DNA of 64,000 nucleotides from Candidatus Saccharimonadales bacterium (GCA_049521895.1 JBEKOJ010000001.1:98717-162716), one strand, 5' to 3'; positions 9,466 to 20,000 are shown, counted from the stretch's first letter. Program-made: numbers and translations. The notes: generated by a model from the sequence alone, not told the origin.

Positions 9466-9945
9466 CTACCGTCCGCGCGTGAACGGTTTATTTGGCAGGC
9501 TTTGGCGAGCGATGTCGCGCTCTTGCTGCCGGCGTTTAAGACTTTCACGCTTATCATAGAGCTTCTTGCCTTTGCCTACAGCAATACGCAGTTTGATGTA
9601 ACGGCCTTTCGTAAGTATTTCCAGCGGAACAATTGTGCGGCCGCTCTGTTTTTCGGCAACCAGCTTTTCAATCTCGTTTTTTTTGGCAAGCAGCTTGCGG
9701 CTACGGATTTGGACATCCTCGGCAATCGGCACCCCCTGCAAGCTATTTACCTGTGAGTTTACCAACCATAGCTCACTATCTTTAACTGTCACGTAAGCGC
9801 CTTGTAGCTGGCCGTGGCCCATGCGCAGGGCTTTGGTCTCGGCGCCGGTTAGTTGCAGGCCCACCACCAAAGAATCACCCAGCTCGTAATCAAAGCGCGC
9901 TCGGCGGTTGGTAATGCGGCCAACAGAAGTATTTTTCTTCTTCAT
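9466..9945 (-). CDS. smpB: SsrA-binding protein SmpB
   Basis: NRRARFDYEL...GLQLTGAETKALR...KLLAKKNEI pattern. The start is taken at MKKKNTS, the second Met of the ORF. Confidence 0.9.
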   Translation of the reverse strand: MKKKNTSVGRITNRRARFDYELGDSLVVGLQLTGAETKALRMGHGQLQGAYVTVKDSELWLVNSQVNSLQGVPIAEDVQIRSRKLLAKKNEIEKLVAEKQSGRTIVPLEILTKGRYIKLRIAVGKGKKLYDKRESLKRRQQERDIARQSLPNKPFTRGR

Positions 9946-10063
9946 GACAATATTATAATCTTCTGTCGGCCGCATTTATCATTTTACATTATTCACTTAG
10001 CATTTATTTTTCATTGATCAATGATCATTGTTAAATTATTGAAAATTGCTAAATGTAAAATCG

Positions 10064-11215
10064 CTAATTACGAGCCAGTTTTTCATTGGCGAGCTGGGCT
10101 TGTTGCACAGCCTGTTTGACCACGTTCCACACGCTTGAATCATGCTTATCGACTTTCAGCCAGTACCACCACTCAGCACCCCACAGATCAATAGTGCGCA
10201 TGCCGGTATTTTCACCGTACTTGATGCGTGCGGCCAGACGCTTGGCATCCATCGACTTAAACTGCTCCGACAATGGCGTATCTGTTATTTCCTGGCCTTT
10301 GGGCGGCCAGGGTTCAGCCTGCAACTCGTGGATAATCATATTTTTCCCAGATAGTAATTCCTCGCTGCCAGCCAGTGCGGCGTAAAACCATGGCGGCAAC
10401 GGGTATTCGAAATATCGGTGCGTAAGATTGGCGTCCCAAACACGCTTGTAAACCGAGATGGCAAATTCGTCGGGTGTCGGCTTGCCGATCGGAATACCGA
10501 CCCAGTTGTCGCTGCGGCTGACAATCACCGTATGCTTTGAGTCGAGCTTTTTCACCATGTTGAACTCGCTAATCAGACGATTGCGGTCGAAGTTGGTGCA
10601 AGTACCAAAAACTTTCATGAAAAATTCATTCTCCAGCTCATAATCGCCCAGCGCCGGGTTGTCTTTGTACCTGTTAATTACCGCTTGCATGAAGCTGTAT
10701 AACTGTGGCTCCCAGACACTTGTGGACTCGCCGTTGACCCAGCTGGGCTCATGACACTCCGGCCATCTGGGTTGACGTAAACCTATAGCTAGACTTACCT
10801 TAGCATCATATTTTTGGGCTAAAGCAAATTCCCAGTCTAGCATGGAAAAATCATAGACCCCAGGCTGCGGCTCGATATCTTCCCAATAGCTGACCAGCCG
10901 AATCTGTTTAAGGCCTAGATCACTTAACATCGCTGTCAGCGTAGCCTTGGGATCCAAGCCAAAACTTTCAGCATAGTCCGGGATAAAACTAGCGCCCAGC
11001 GTCAACGGTTCATCGGCGTGTTTGTGGATATACCACTCGGCAACGCCATACATCGACCCCAAAAGTACCAGGACTACCATGGCCAGACAAACCAGGGTCT
11101 TGCGGAAAATTGACCCTCGCCAAATATATTTGCCAACTGACTTCAGCCAATATCCAGGCTTCTTAAGTATCCTAGCTGTGACTCTAGCCTGCCCAGATTG
11201 CGGTTTTTTTGGCAC
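10064..11215 (-). CDS. membrane-anchored glycoside-hydrolase-like TIM-barrel protein (GH5/GH42-like)
   Basis: N-terminal TM helix. YELENEFF (acid/base NE-type motif) and a later HELQAEPW. Family assignment is tentative. Confidence 0.45.
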   Translation of the reverse strand: MPKKPQSGQARVTARILKKPGYWLKSVGKYIWRGSIFRKTLVCLAMVVLVLLGSMYGVAEWYIHKHADEPLTLGASFIPDYAESFGLDPKATLTAMLSDLGLKQIRLVSYWEDIEPQPGVYDFSMLDWEFALAQKYDAKVSLAIGLRQPRWPECHEPSWVNGESTSVWEPQLYSFMQAVINRYKDNPALGDYELENEFFMKVFGTCTNFDRNRLISEFNMVKKLDSKHTVIVSRSDNWVGIPIGKPTPDEFAISVYKRVWDANLTHRYFEYPLPPWFYAALAGSEELLSGKNMIIHELQAEPWPPKGQEITDTPLSEQFKSMDAKRLAARIKYGENTGMRTIDLWGAEWWYWLKVDKHDSSVWNVVKQAVQQAQLANEKLARN

Positions 11216-11244
11216 TATTCTGCTATCCTAAGAATGTATCGCTT

Positions 11245-12099
11245 ATGACAAATAATAAAAAGCTAACGCTAAGTATAGTTATACCAGTTTACAACGAACA
11301 ACGCTATTTGAAAGCGTGCCTTGATTCTATTGCCTCTCAAATCGTTGCTCCAGATGAGGTAATCGTAGTGGATAATAATTCTACCGACAACACCGTTAAA
11401 ATAGCCAAGTCTTACAGCTTTGTTCGTGTATTACATGAGTCGCGCCAGCACCAGTCCTTTGCACAGGCTACAGGCTTCAATGCCGCCGGCTCAGACATTA
11501 TTGGTCGGATAGATGCTGATAGTATCCTGCCTATTGATTGGGTCAGAAACGTTAAAAACTATTTTGCTGTCCAACCGGACTTGGTCGGTATCACCGGAGG
11601 TACCCTGCCCTACGACATGGCAGTTAAAAGGGGTAGCAGCCGGGTCTTTAAGTTCTATAACGTTTGCGCCAGTCGATTGGCTGGCACACGGATGTTATGG
11701 GGCGCTAATTGCGCCATTCGTCGAAGTACTTGGCAGCATATAAGAGGCAAAGTACTGCAACGGCCGGACATCTGGGAAGACTATGATATTTCTTTCTTGC
11801 TAGGGACATTAGGACAGCTTCAATTCGTCAATAACATAGACGCGGAATCATCCTTTCGTGCCGTACATCAATCCTTGCTGACCCAGACCGACTATCAGTT
11901 CCGGGCGGTCCGAACGTTTTATATCCGAGCTGGTATGTTTAAAGCTACCATTTTATTTTGCATCTGGATTACAATGTACTTCATGTATTTACTGGTTCTG
12001 CTGGATAGATTTATCCTGGCGCCGGTTTATAAAATTTTGGGTTCGTCAAAAAAACAACCAGAAATTTCTAGAGAGGTTGTGCCTCTAGAGTACGAATAG
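11245..12099 (+). CDS. family 2 glycosyltransferase with C-terminal TM segment
   Basis: LSIVIPVYNEQRYLKACLDSIASQ, VVDNNSTDNT and RIDADS (DxD-like) motifs. The start is taken at the internal Met; the longer ORF begins at 11209. Confidence 0.8.
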   Translation: MTNNKKLTLSIVIPVYNEQRYLKACLDSIASQIVAPDEVIVVDNNSTDNTVKIAKSYSFVRVLHESRQHQSFAQATGFNAAGSDIIGRIDADSILPIDWVRNVKNYFAVQPDLVGITGGTLPYDMAVKRGSSRVFKFYNVCASRLAGTRMLWGANCAIRRSTWQHIRGKVLQRPDIWEDYDISFLLGTLGQLQFVNNIDAESSFRAVHQSLLTQTDYQFRAVRTFYIRAGMFKATILFCIWITMYFMYLLVLLDRFILAPVYKILGSSKKQPEISREVVPLEYE

Positions 12100-12111
12100 T
12101 ACTCTTAAAGC

Positions 12112-12858
12112 ATGGCTAAGCCACCTATCGTTTCAGTTGTCATCCCGGCATATAACGAGGCGACCTATATCGATCGCTTGCTTGAAGCCCTGGCAAGGCA
12201 GAATTTCAAAGATTTTGAGATGATTGTCTCTGATGCCCAGTCCAATGACGGCACCGAAGAAGTAGTCGATTCATTCAAGGATAAACTGGACATAAAATTT
12301 ACCGAGGCGCCACCCAAAGGCCCGGGCCATGGCCGGAACGTAGGAGCCAAGCTGGCCCGCGGTGGGTGGCTGCTGTTTTTAGATGCCGATGATGACATCG
12401 ACGACCCGAATTTCATCGAGACGCTCCTGTCGGAGACTAAAAAACACGGCTGGAGTACTTCCTCTGCCAGAATGAGAGTCAAAGCCAATTTTGTAGCGCG
12501 TCTTGGAACAGCAAATCTCTATCATTACCAAAAACTTCTGGCCCATACCAGGCATCCAATCGCTCAAGGCTACTGTATCTTCACCAAGAGAGATGTATTT
12601 GAAGATAACAATGGCTTCAATGAAAAGATTCACTACGGTGAAGATAATGACTATGTGTCAAGAGCCGCGAAGCATGGCTTCGGTTTTGTAGATAACACGT
12701 ACTACTATGTTGATTTACGGCGCAACCAGCAAGAAGGTATTATTCGTTTTGCCCTGAAAAATATTGCCCATGAGGTCTATCGCCTTACTCACCTAGACGA
12801 CTTGGAAGGCCAGCCGTTTAGGTATGAATTTGGAAAGCATAAAAAACGTGGCAATTAA
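12112..12858 (+). CDS. family 2 glycosyltransferase
   Basis: VSVVIPAYNEATYIDRLLEALARQ and FLDADDD (DxD) motifs. Confidence 0.8.
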   Translation: MAKPPIVSVVIPAYNEATYIDRLLEALARQNFKDFEMIVSDAQSNDGTEEVVDSFKDKLDIKFTEAPPKGPGHGRNVGAKLARGGWLLFLDADDDIDDPNFIETLLSETKKHGWSTSSARMRVKANFVARLGTANLYHYQKLLAHTRHPIAQGYCIFTKRDVFEDNNGFNEKIHYGEDNDYVSRAAKHGFGFVDNTYYYVDLRRNQQEGIIRFALKNIAHEVYRLTHLDDLEGQPFRYEFGKHKKRGN

Positions 12859-13279
12859 ACAAGCTACAACCGGTTGGCGGCAGCATAAGCTGTTGATTCA
12901 GTTCGCCGAATATATGGTTGGCGGCGGCGTATATTTCTGGGGCGGACTGGCCATCTTCGCGCTATGCTTTGATGTTTTTCACTGGTTCTGGTTTGTAGCC
13001 AAAGTCTTGGCTGATATTTTCGGCTGGTCGGCTAACTACGCCATCCAGCGCTACTGGGCTTTTTATGATTCACGGCTTAAGGGTCAAGACAAGCGTGTAA
13101 TATTCCGCTATGTTTTGATTAACGGCATCGATTTGATTTTTGATTACGCCATCGTAGCCGCATTTATCTATAACGGCATAACACCGTACGCCGGGTTCTT
13201 CGTCTCGGCCGGATTCACTACAGTCTGGGACTACTTATGGTACCGCTTCTGGGTTTTTAAACCTGCTCAAAACGATTAG
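12824..13279 (+). CDS. GtrA-family membrane protein
   Basis: Four predicted TM helices, with size and position after GT2 genes typical of the GtrA-like family. Overlaps the upstream gene by 35 nt. Confidence 0.55.
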   Translation: MNLESIKNVAIKQATTGWRQHKLLIQFAEYMVGGGVYFWGGLAIFALCFDVFHWFWFVAKVLADIFGWSANYAIQRYWAFYDSRLKGQDKRVIFRYVLINGIDLIFDYAIVAAFIYNGITPYAGFFVSAGFTTVWDYLWYRFWVFKPAQND

Positions 13280-13860
13280 GCCGGGTTGGAGGTGTAGCCG
13301 CCGTACTGATTAACTAACGGATGACAGTTTCCCCAAAGGCCTAACTTAGCCTGCTGAGCTGCCGCCTGGTCGGCGGCGAACTGGTCGGATTTAGTAAACG
13401 GAAAGCTAAGATATGCAAAGCCATAGCCTTTTTGGATTAATTTCTCGTCCAACAGCGTCCCACCGGGAGTGTATACATACCTTAAAAGTCGTCCATAGAC
13501 ATCGCGGTTAGTATCCAGCGGGTCGGCTTCCAGACGGACTCTACCGTACTTGCGTATCTGTGCTTGCGTGAAACTGGCAGCTTCCGGGCCGTAACACTGC
13601 ACCGGCGTGTTGGGTCTGTGGGTTTCGGGCGTGTCCACGCCTATCATGCGCACACTCTCCACATTGCCGTTCATGTTCACGGCAATCGTGTCGCCATCTA
13701 TGAAGTGATCAATTGAGTATAGTCCCGGCTGGTTCATCTCGGCGGTCTTAGCGCCTTTGCCGAGCCAACCCGACTGCGTAGCTACAACCGCCAGCAGGAT
13801 AAACATAAAAATTAACAGATGGATTAGTTTCCATCTCCGCCGCCCGAAACTCCTCATCAA
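13276..13860 (-). CDS. secreted thermonuclease (SNase-like)
   Basis: Signal/TM segment, then IDGDTI...VRMIGVDTPE...YGRLLRY motifs of micrococcal nuclease homologues. Confidence 0.8.
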   Translation of the reverse strand: MMRSFGRRRWKLIHLLIFMFILLAVVATQSGWLGKGAKTAEMNQPGLYSIDHFIDGDTIAVNMNGNVESVRMIGVDTPETHRPNTPVQCYGPEAASFTQAQIRKYGRVRLEADPLDTNRDVYGRLLRYVYTPGGTLLDEKLIQKGYGFAYLSFPFTKSDQFAADQAAAQQAKLGLWGNCHPLVNQYGGYTSNPA

Positions 13861-13925
13861 CGGTAATTATATAGCATTGGCAGCGAGGTGGCAGAAATGG
13901 CCAGCTTCACTGCCTGCATCTCTGT

Positions 13926-14282
13926 TTACGCAGTTACCTTTTCTCTGTCTTTAGCCTTGGACTCTTCTTTGAGCAGCGAGTCTTCGAACTCTTTTTGGGC
14001 TGTCTTAAGATCCCAGCCGATTGAATTGGCGAGTTCGCCATCCACGTAGTGTTTGATTTGCGCCCATTGCAGCGGGGCATAAAGCCTTAGCTTTTGCATG
14101 TAACTTTCGCCCTCGGTGTTGGGCTTGGGCCCGAATTTAGAAAATTCGATATACTCCCTGCCCTCACTGGTTTTGCCGTGGCGGGCATAGAACTTATTGG
14201 CTGATTTTTTGTGCAGCGGGATCTCTAGATAGATTTCCTCTCCCCACGGCAGCGTGCGGACTATTTTAGTTGTTTGGCTCAT
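13926..14282 (-). CDS. hypothetical protein
   Basis: ORF with RBS AAGGAGAAAA 5 nt upstream of the ATG. No domain recognised. Confidence 0.6.
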   Translation of the reverse strand: MSQTTKIVRTLPWGEEIYLEIPLHKKSANKFYARHGKTSEGREYIEFSKFGPKPNTEGESYMQKLRLYAPLQWAQIKHYVDGELANSIGWDLKTAQKEFEDSLLKEESKAKDREKVTA

Positions 14283-14318
14283 GATTTTCTCCTTGAACTT
14301 ACTTAAATTTGCTCGAAC

Positions 14319-14342
14319 AAAAAAATCCGCCCAAGGCGGATC
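14319..14342 (-). terminator. rho-independent terminator / possible attenuator
   Basis: Minus strand reads GATCCGCC-TTG-GGCGGAT followed by TTTTTTT. It lies 36 nt upstream of the 13926-14282 start and overlaps the stop codon of a 6-codon mini-ORF. Confidence 0.7.
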
Positions 14343-14479
14343 TAAAAGTCATATAATTTCATGAGCCTCCTTTTTGCGGCTTTCACGGGGTGGCAGTCGT
14401 GCCGCAAATTTAAATACAATTCTCAATATATACTCAGCTGGACAAACATGCAAATTTAAATAATGCTTATGCTTTAAAT

Positions 14480-14740
14480 CTGTGGAAAAGTATTAGGAAT
14501 CAGCTGCTATAGGGCACGACCCTATAGCAAGAACTGTAGCTGATGGACCTGGGCATAAGGAGCCAACCTGATATTATTTCGGGCATCTGGCGAGACCTGA
14601 GTGGATGATGTGAAAAAGGAGCGTACTTGGTTGCTAAAGCATGTTCGACGAAGTGAATATGCTGGGAGCATATTCACGAGGAGTTCTTTAGCAAGCCCTC
14701 TTTTTGACATCAGACACATCAAGTCGAGACAACCGCCCGA
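14480..14740 (-). ncRNA. candidate structured RNA (copy Z of the 78-nt-core element family)
   Basis: Core at 14621-14698 shares two perfect blocks with the island copies: GCTAAAGAACTCCTCG and CTTCGTCGAACATGCTTTAGC. They flank a hairpin (14654-14676, TGAATATGCT-CCC-AGCATATTCA) whose stem differs from the island copies by compensated changes. Further homology lies downstream (GCTCCTTATGCCCAGGTCC; CAGGTCTCGCCAGATGCCCGAA). The extent is uncertain. Confidence 0.5.
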
Positions 14741-14802
14741 GAGCTTTTGCATACTTTTGGCGGATCAAAAGTATGAGACATTTGCTTCTTTGAAAAAGAA
14801 CC

Positions 14803-15372
14803 TTAAAAATCGATACCTTTGTTGGCCAAATACTTGTCGTCAAAATGGTGGCGGATTTTAGTCATATTGGTAGCGATATCTACCAGCGGCAAAAACTCCT
14901 CCGGAAAGTCCCTGCCCGTGAGGCACAGGCTGGTTTTAGGAGCTTTGGTTTTGATGAGTCTTTTTAGATCGGTTTTTGTAATCAATCTGTGATGTACGGC
15001 ATTATTAATCTCGTCGCAGATTACAATGTCAAATTTGCCGCTAGTAGTGGCTTTGAGGGCTACATTATAGGTGTCACGGGCAGCCTGCTTGTGCTCTTTT
15101 GCTGAAACGTTTTTGGCTGATAGATTGCCGGCGTTATAAAAACCTTTACCACCCTTGTAAAACAGCAACTTCTTACCAAAAACTGGCTCAATTTTCTGTA
15201 TAAAATCGTGCTCGCCGACATTCCAGTGCTTGATGAATTGGATGTAGGCCACGCGCCAACCGTTACCTAATGCCCGAGCCATCAAGCCAACACTGGCGCT
15301 GGTTTTACCCTTGCCCTCACCGGTATAAATGACGACCACCGAATCCTTAGTTTTATAATCCTCAAACGCCAT
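14803..15372 (-). CDS. cob(I)yrinic acid a,c-diamide / cob(I)alamin adenosyltransferase (CobA/CobO/BtuR type)
   Basis: VVIYTGEGKGKTSASVGLMARALGNGWRVAYIQFIK (P-loop) and CDEINNA motifs typical of the family. Confidence 0.8.
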   Translation of the reverse strand: MAFEDYKTKDSVVVIYTGEGKGKTSASVGLMARALGNGWRVAYIQFIKHWNVGEHDFIQKIEPVFGKKLLFYKGGKGFYNAGNLSAKNVSAKEHKQAARDTYNVALKATTSGKFDIVICDEINNAVHHRLITKTDLKRLIKTKAPKTSLCLTGRDFPEEFLPLVDIATNMTKIRHHFDDKYLANKGIDF

Positions 15373-15891
15373 CTAGTTACTACGACCCTCTTGTTGTATG
15401 TATAGATATCTTACTATTGCGTCAATGAATCTTGACACATCTCTTTTTGACAATGGCTTGAACTTGAATCTTTCTTTTTCTTCTGTTCGTGGCTGATCAA
15501 TTGTACTTTGATCAAGAAGGTATCTGGCAGCCAGTACTACCGGAAGGGTTTCAAGATCTAAATCCCAAGCTTCCTGCTTCAAATCACCATTTCTCTGTGC
15601 GAACGAATAACCTTCGCAAACCGCAGCCACACCTTCAATAGATTCTTGCATTCGCTTTTCTGAAGCATCATCAGGAAAAAGTTCAGGGCTACACTCTCTT
15701 AGAGCATCAAGCACTGCCTGAGATGCCAGGGTTTTGGCCCTAGGGACATCCGCTAAGAAACGGGCCCAATCGTCGTCCAGATTTTCCATTTCCTCTGGAG
15801 TCAATCTGGTAGTGTCCGGATCAAAATGGCCAGCAGTAATTGACCACCCTATATTTATTTCAGCTGCTTCAGGAACTAATTCGCCTTCCAT
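15373..15891 (-). CDS. hypothetical acidic protein
   Basis: ORF abutting the downstream gene (its stop is adjacent to that start). No domain recognised. Confidence 0.55.
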   Translation of the reverse strand: MEGELVPEAAEINIGWSITAGHFDPDTTRLTPEEMENLDDDWARFLADVPRAKTLASQAVLDALRECSPELFPDDASEKRMQESIEGVAAVCEGYSFAQRNGDLKQEAWDLDLETLPVVLAARYLLDQSTIDQPRTEEKERFKFKPLSKRDVSRFIDAIVRYLYIQQEGRSN

Positions 15892-15953
15892 GCGTTAATT
15901 ATGCACTATATATAGCGTTATTCATAATGCTTATGACGCTAAATGGCTAATAC

Positions 15954-16214
15954 TTAAACCAGTTTGTAGTGTCGTAGCGCTAAATCTATTTTTGGGCGGT
16001 CAAAGCCGATAATAGTCTCATCGCCGATCTCTATTACCGGAATGCCGGCTTGGCCGGTTTTTTGCATCAAAGCTTGGGCGGCAGCTGCGTCTTTCTCAAC
16101 ATCAATATCTTTGTACGGTACCTTTTTACCATCTAGGTATTGTTTGGCCATGTGGCAAAAAGCGCACCAGGAGGCACTATAAATTGTAACCGCAGCTTTG
16201 TTACTATCGCTCAT
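15954..16214 (-). CDS. glutaredoxin-like protein (NrdH/Grx family)
   Basis: VTIYSASWCAFCHMAKQYL (CxxC) and GIPVIEIGDETIIGF motifs. The start is taken at MSDSNK. Confidence 0.8.
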   Translation of the reverse strand: MSDSNKAAVTIYSASWCAFCHMAKQYLDGKKVPYKDIDVEKDAAAAQALMQKTGQAGIPVIEIGDETIIGFDRPKIDLALRHYKLV

Positions 16215-16312
16215 CTGATGTAAGTATAGCAAACCGACCCTTAATTTGGCATTTGGCAAGAATAGTAATATAGTGGGCATTAGGATTAACCAAAGGGAGG
16301 TCTAAGGTAGAT

Positions 16313-16951
16313 ATGTTTGATTACAAATTTAATAAGGCCATGACAGCAAAGCTTGGCGCGGAGTTTATTGGCACGGGTATTTTAGCCATGGTGATCTTGG
16401 TGATGGCAAACACTACTGCTGTGTCGTACTTTATCGCCACTAGTGCGGCTGTGACTCTGGCCGCTATCGTAATGGTCTTTGCTCCGCTTTCTGGGGCACA
16501 CGTCAACCCGGCGGTTACTTTCGGTATGTGGACCGCCCGCCGCATCGGCACCGTTAAGGCTGTAGCTTACATCGTGGCGCAGGTTTTGGGAGGTTTAGGA
16601 GCTTGGCAACTTTACCAGTATTTCACCAACCATACTTTGCCAGCAAAGACGATCAGCTTTGACGCACGTTTGTTTATAGCTGAGGCTGTTGGTGCAGCCA
16701 TCTGGGCTTTTGCCTTCGCCAGCTTGGTCAGCAAAGCTGTCCAGACTATGGCCTCAGCCATCGCCCTAGGCACGGTTGTTTTTGCGGCCATCATGATTGC
16801 CGCAACGGCATCGTTGGGCTATATCAATCCAGCTGTTGCATTAGCGGCTCGCAGCTCTAGCGTGGTCTATCTTGTGGGTCCGTTGGTCGGTGGTTTGGTC
16901 GGCTATAACCTATACACCTTGCTTTTCGAGGGCAATAAAAAAGCGGTTTAA
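16313..16951 (+). CDS. MIP-family channel (aquaporin/glycerol facilitator)
   Basis: Two NPA boxes (HVNPAVTFG and INPAVALA) and six hydrophobic segments. Confidence 0.9.
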   Translation: MFDYKFNKAMTAKLGAEFIGTGILAMVILVMANTTAVSYFIATSAAVTLAAIVMVFAPLSGAHVNPAVTFGMWTARRIGTVKAVAYIVAQVLGGLGAWQLYQYFTNHTLPAKTISFDARLFIAEAVGAAIWAFAFASLVSKAVQTMASAIALGTVVFAAIMIAATASLGYINPAVALAARSSSVVYLVGPLVGGLVGYNLYTLLFEGNKKAV

Positions 16952-17009
16952 AAGAGACAAAAAACTTTCGGATTGTATAAAAACGCCCGGTCACAACGCC
17001 GGGTGTTTT

Positions 17010-20000
17010 TTATTTGAGCAGGTCTTGCTCAAAAGCCTTAATGCCAGCTATATCTTGTGTATAGGCCGAAACATCAGGCAGCTCCAGATTGATTATCATG
17101 GGCCAGACAGCTTCTATTAACAGGCGTAATCGTTTCATATCTTCGTTGGTAGGGATGTAAGATCTGATCAAATTTTTTTCGTTTTCAGCTTCGACATATA
17201 CCATCTGGCCCTCCACCGCATCAGACTTCCCTCCTAGGAGCAGAGCATAAAATATAAGTTGGAGCTTATGTTTATAGGCTTTAAGCGCCCTGGATCTATC
17301 CCTAGTGTCAAAACTCACCAGAGGCCGGCCAGTTTTATAATCTATAATTCTAGTTTTGCCGTCGAGACTATCTACTCTGTCGAGCTTGCCGCTTATTCGT
17401 GCCCGGCCGACTATGATATCTTTAAATTTTTGCTCGCTGTAACTACCCTTGGGCAGCCGGTATTTAAAGTCTTTAAATAATCGCGATAAGGTTCGCTGTC
17501 CTTGAGTTAGGTATCTTTGATATTGGACATTAGGCAACTGTTCAGTTAACAAAGTCGTCTTAAAGATATCGACTATCTGTTTGAAACTAAAGTTTTGACG
17601 GTTGGCCAGTTTTTGAGCCCCGTCCATGGCGGCGTGAATCGCTGTGCCGTAGGACAAAGAGGCCGATTTAATTTCCGGTAAGTTCAATAAATTTCTTTCT
17701 TTGAAGTATTGCGGGCCACCCTTTGTGAGATCCATGAAATTAAGGAGATGGGTAACGTTTAAATTGTAAGTTTCCAGTCGCGCTTTTAACATGGCTTTTT
17801 CCTGGCCGCCACGCAACTGGGGCCAACGTAAATTCTCTTCCAGAATAGTCACAAGCTCCTGTCTATTCGTCTCTTTGATTTTCTTGACCGGCAGCGCGTT
17901 TAAAATAATTGAGCTAGTGGCTATATCTTTGCCGCTGTGATCCTGCGAGTAAGCAGTAAGCGTTAACGATGATCTGGCACGCGTGGTAGCCACGTACATC
18001 AGGCGGATATAATCGTCGAAATCATCACCCACAGGTTGCAGGGGCAAGTTGGCCGGTGGTCGGCGCCGATCTTTTCGGGGCTGCCAGTTATCTTCTGTGG
18101 CATCGATTATGTAAACGTGGTCAAACTCTAGGCCTTTGGCTTTATGTACCGTTAAAAGTTGCACAGCATGCGGGCCGGTTATGAAGGGAGATTCATCCGG
18201 TACAATTCTGGAATTATCTTTATTTATCTCTATAAAACGGACCAGCTCTTTCAAAGATGGCTCATTGGCTGTCGAGAATTCATGCGTTAGTGCACGCAAC
18301 AGCTGAATTGCCGAAAGGCCGTGAAAGTAAACATTGGTATTATCGGCGGCATCGTTCATAAAGTACTCTCTGATGGGCGAAGTATATTGATTGCTAGTCC
18401 GTAGACCAATTATTTGTTCAATGGTAACAGCCAGTGGCTGGTTGTCCGTCTGGCGGGCCAGCCAAATAAACCAATCGCCTATAGCCTTGAGACCTTTCGA
18501 GTGGCTACTGATGAGCGAGTCTAGCCAATCCTTATTAGGGTAGTTGCCAGCTGCCAGCTTCCATAATTCCTTTGGATCAATGCCCCACGCCTGCCAACGG
18601 ATAATCTGATGAATTATGGAGTTGGTCACATCGCGCTCTCCGGCTTGTATTGCTAGGAGTAATTTAGCTATCAAGTAGACCTGGTTTACTATTTCATGGT
18701 CTAGGATGTTGGCCTGCTGTTCGTAACGCACCGGCACTTTGAGCTGTTGCAATAAACCGGCCATTTTTATCAAACTCTCGTGCCCGCGAGCCAATATAGC
18801 TATGCTCTTATCCGGGCGGTGGTTGCGTTTAATTGATTGTGCTATCTCGCTTAGCTGGAGTTCACGCGACGAATACACCGTGGCTAGAATTTCACCCTTG
18901 TCCTCTGGTGGTGCTGCTGCCAGCAATCTCTTAGTCAGGGTCTTATCCCTGTTGACCAATCGCGTCTCGGCTTGCTCGATTATTTTCTGGGCCGTGTCTA
19001 AAATGGCTTGCGAGGAACGGTAATTTTTGGTCAACAAGATAATTTTGGCCTTAGGATACGCCCGTCGAAACCCGAGCATATTATTCATCTCGGCGCCGTT
19101 GAATTTAAAAATTGATTGATCGTCGTCGCCGACAGCCATCAAATTTGGATTCCCCTCGGCGCTATAATGGTCGGCCACAAGATGCGCCAGACGCATTTGC
19201 GCCGGATTGGTATCTTGGAACTCGTCAATCATTACATAGTTAAATCGCTCTTGGACGTCAGCTAGTATTTCCGAATTTTGCTCTAGCTGCGCCAGGACCT
19301 CTACAAGCATGTCAGCGTAATCGTAATAGCCTCTTTGGTGAAGTCTCTCGCGATACTGTTCATAAACATCAGCTAAATTAAGCCACCAGGTGTTTTTATT
19401 GCGCTCTGCGAACATGCCTTTTCTACCATCTATTGTTTGCACCCACCGGCTCTTCCATCTACTGGTATTGGTTGTTCTATTGCTTGCACTATCGTCGTTA
19501 ATTGCGTTGATCAGGCTTTCGTTGATCACGGTAGACAAAGAGGTCAAAGGGTAAACATATTGATCAATATCTTGCCGGGGCAAAGCCTCAATTTTCCGTA
19601 GCAAAGAGTCTAGGTTTTTTGGCGACAACTTCTGACTCAAAATTTCCACTAGAGGGCTCTCGATCTCGTCAATGTACGCCATGTTGACTTCTATGAGCGC
19701 GCGGAGTTTATCGGCTGTCAACCCAGCTTCTTTCGACAACTGTATTGACCTTTGGATATCGTTCAATAATGTATATTGGCCGGCAAACTTTAAGGCCAGT
19801 GGATTATTAAGCGGTAACTCGCTAACAATTGACTCAATTATGTCCATCTGGGTAGATTCTGTGGCTACAGATAGTTTTGCGGCATTCCAAAAATAATCAG
19901 GGTAGATATTCATAACATCTGCCGCAAAGCTATGGAAAGTGCTGGCATTAACTCTGCTGCCAGCTTGTCCAGCTAGCAAGATAATTCGTTCTTTCATGTT

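Noticed and set aside
14522-14861. Track ORFs 14522-14752 (minus strand, 76 aa) and 14601-14861 (plus strand, 86 aa), and likewise 44196-44399 and the 5' part of 44430-44723, as protein-coding genes.
   Set aside because: They overlap the conserved structured element. The equivalent frames are interrupted in other copies, the substitutions preserve base pairing rather than amino acids, and there are no RBSs.
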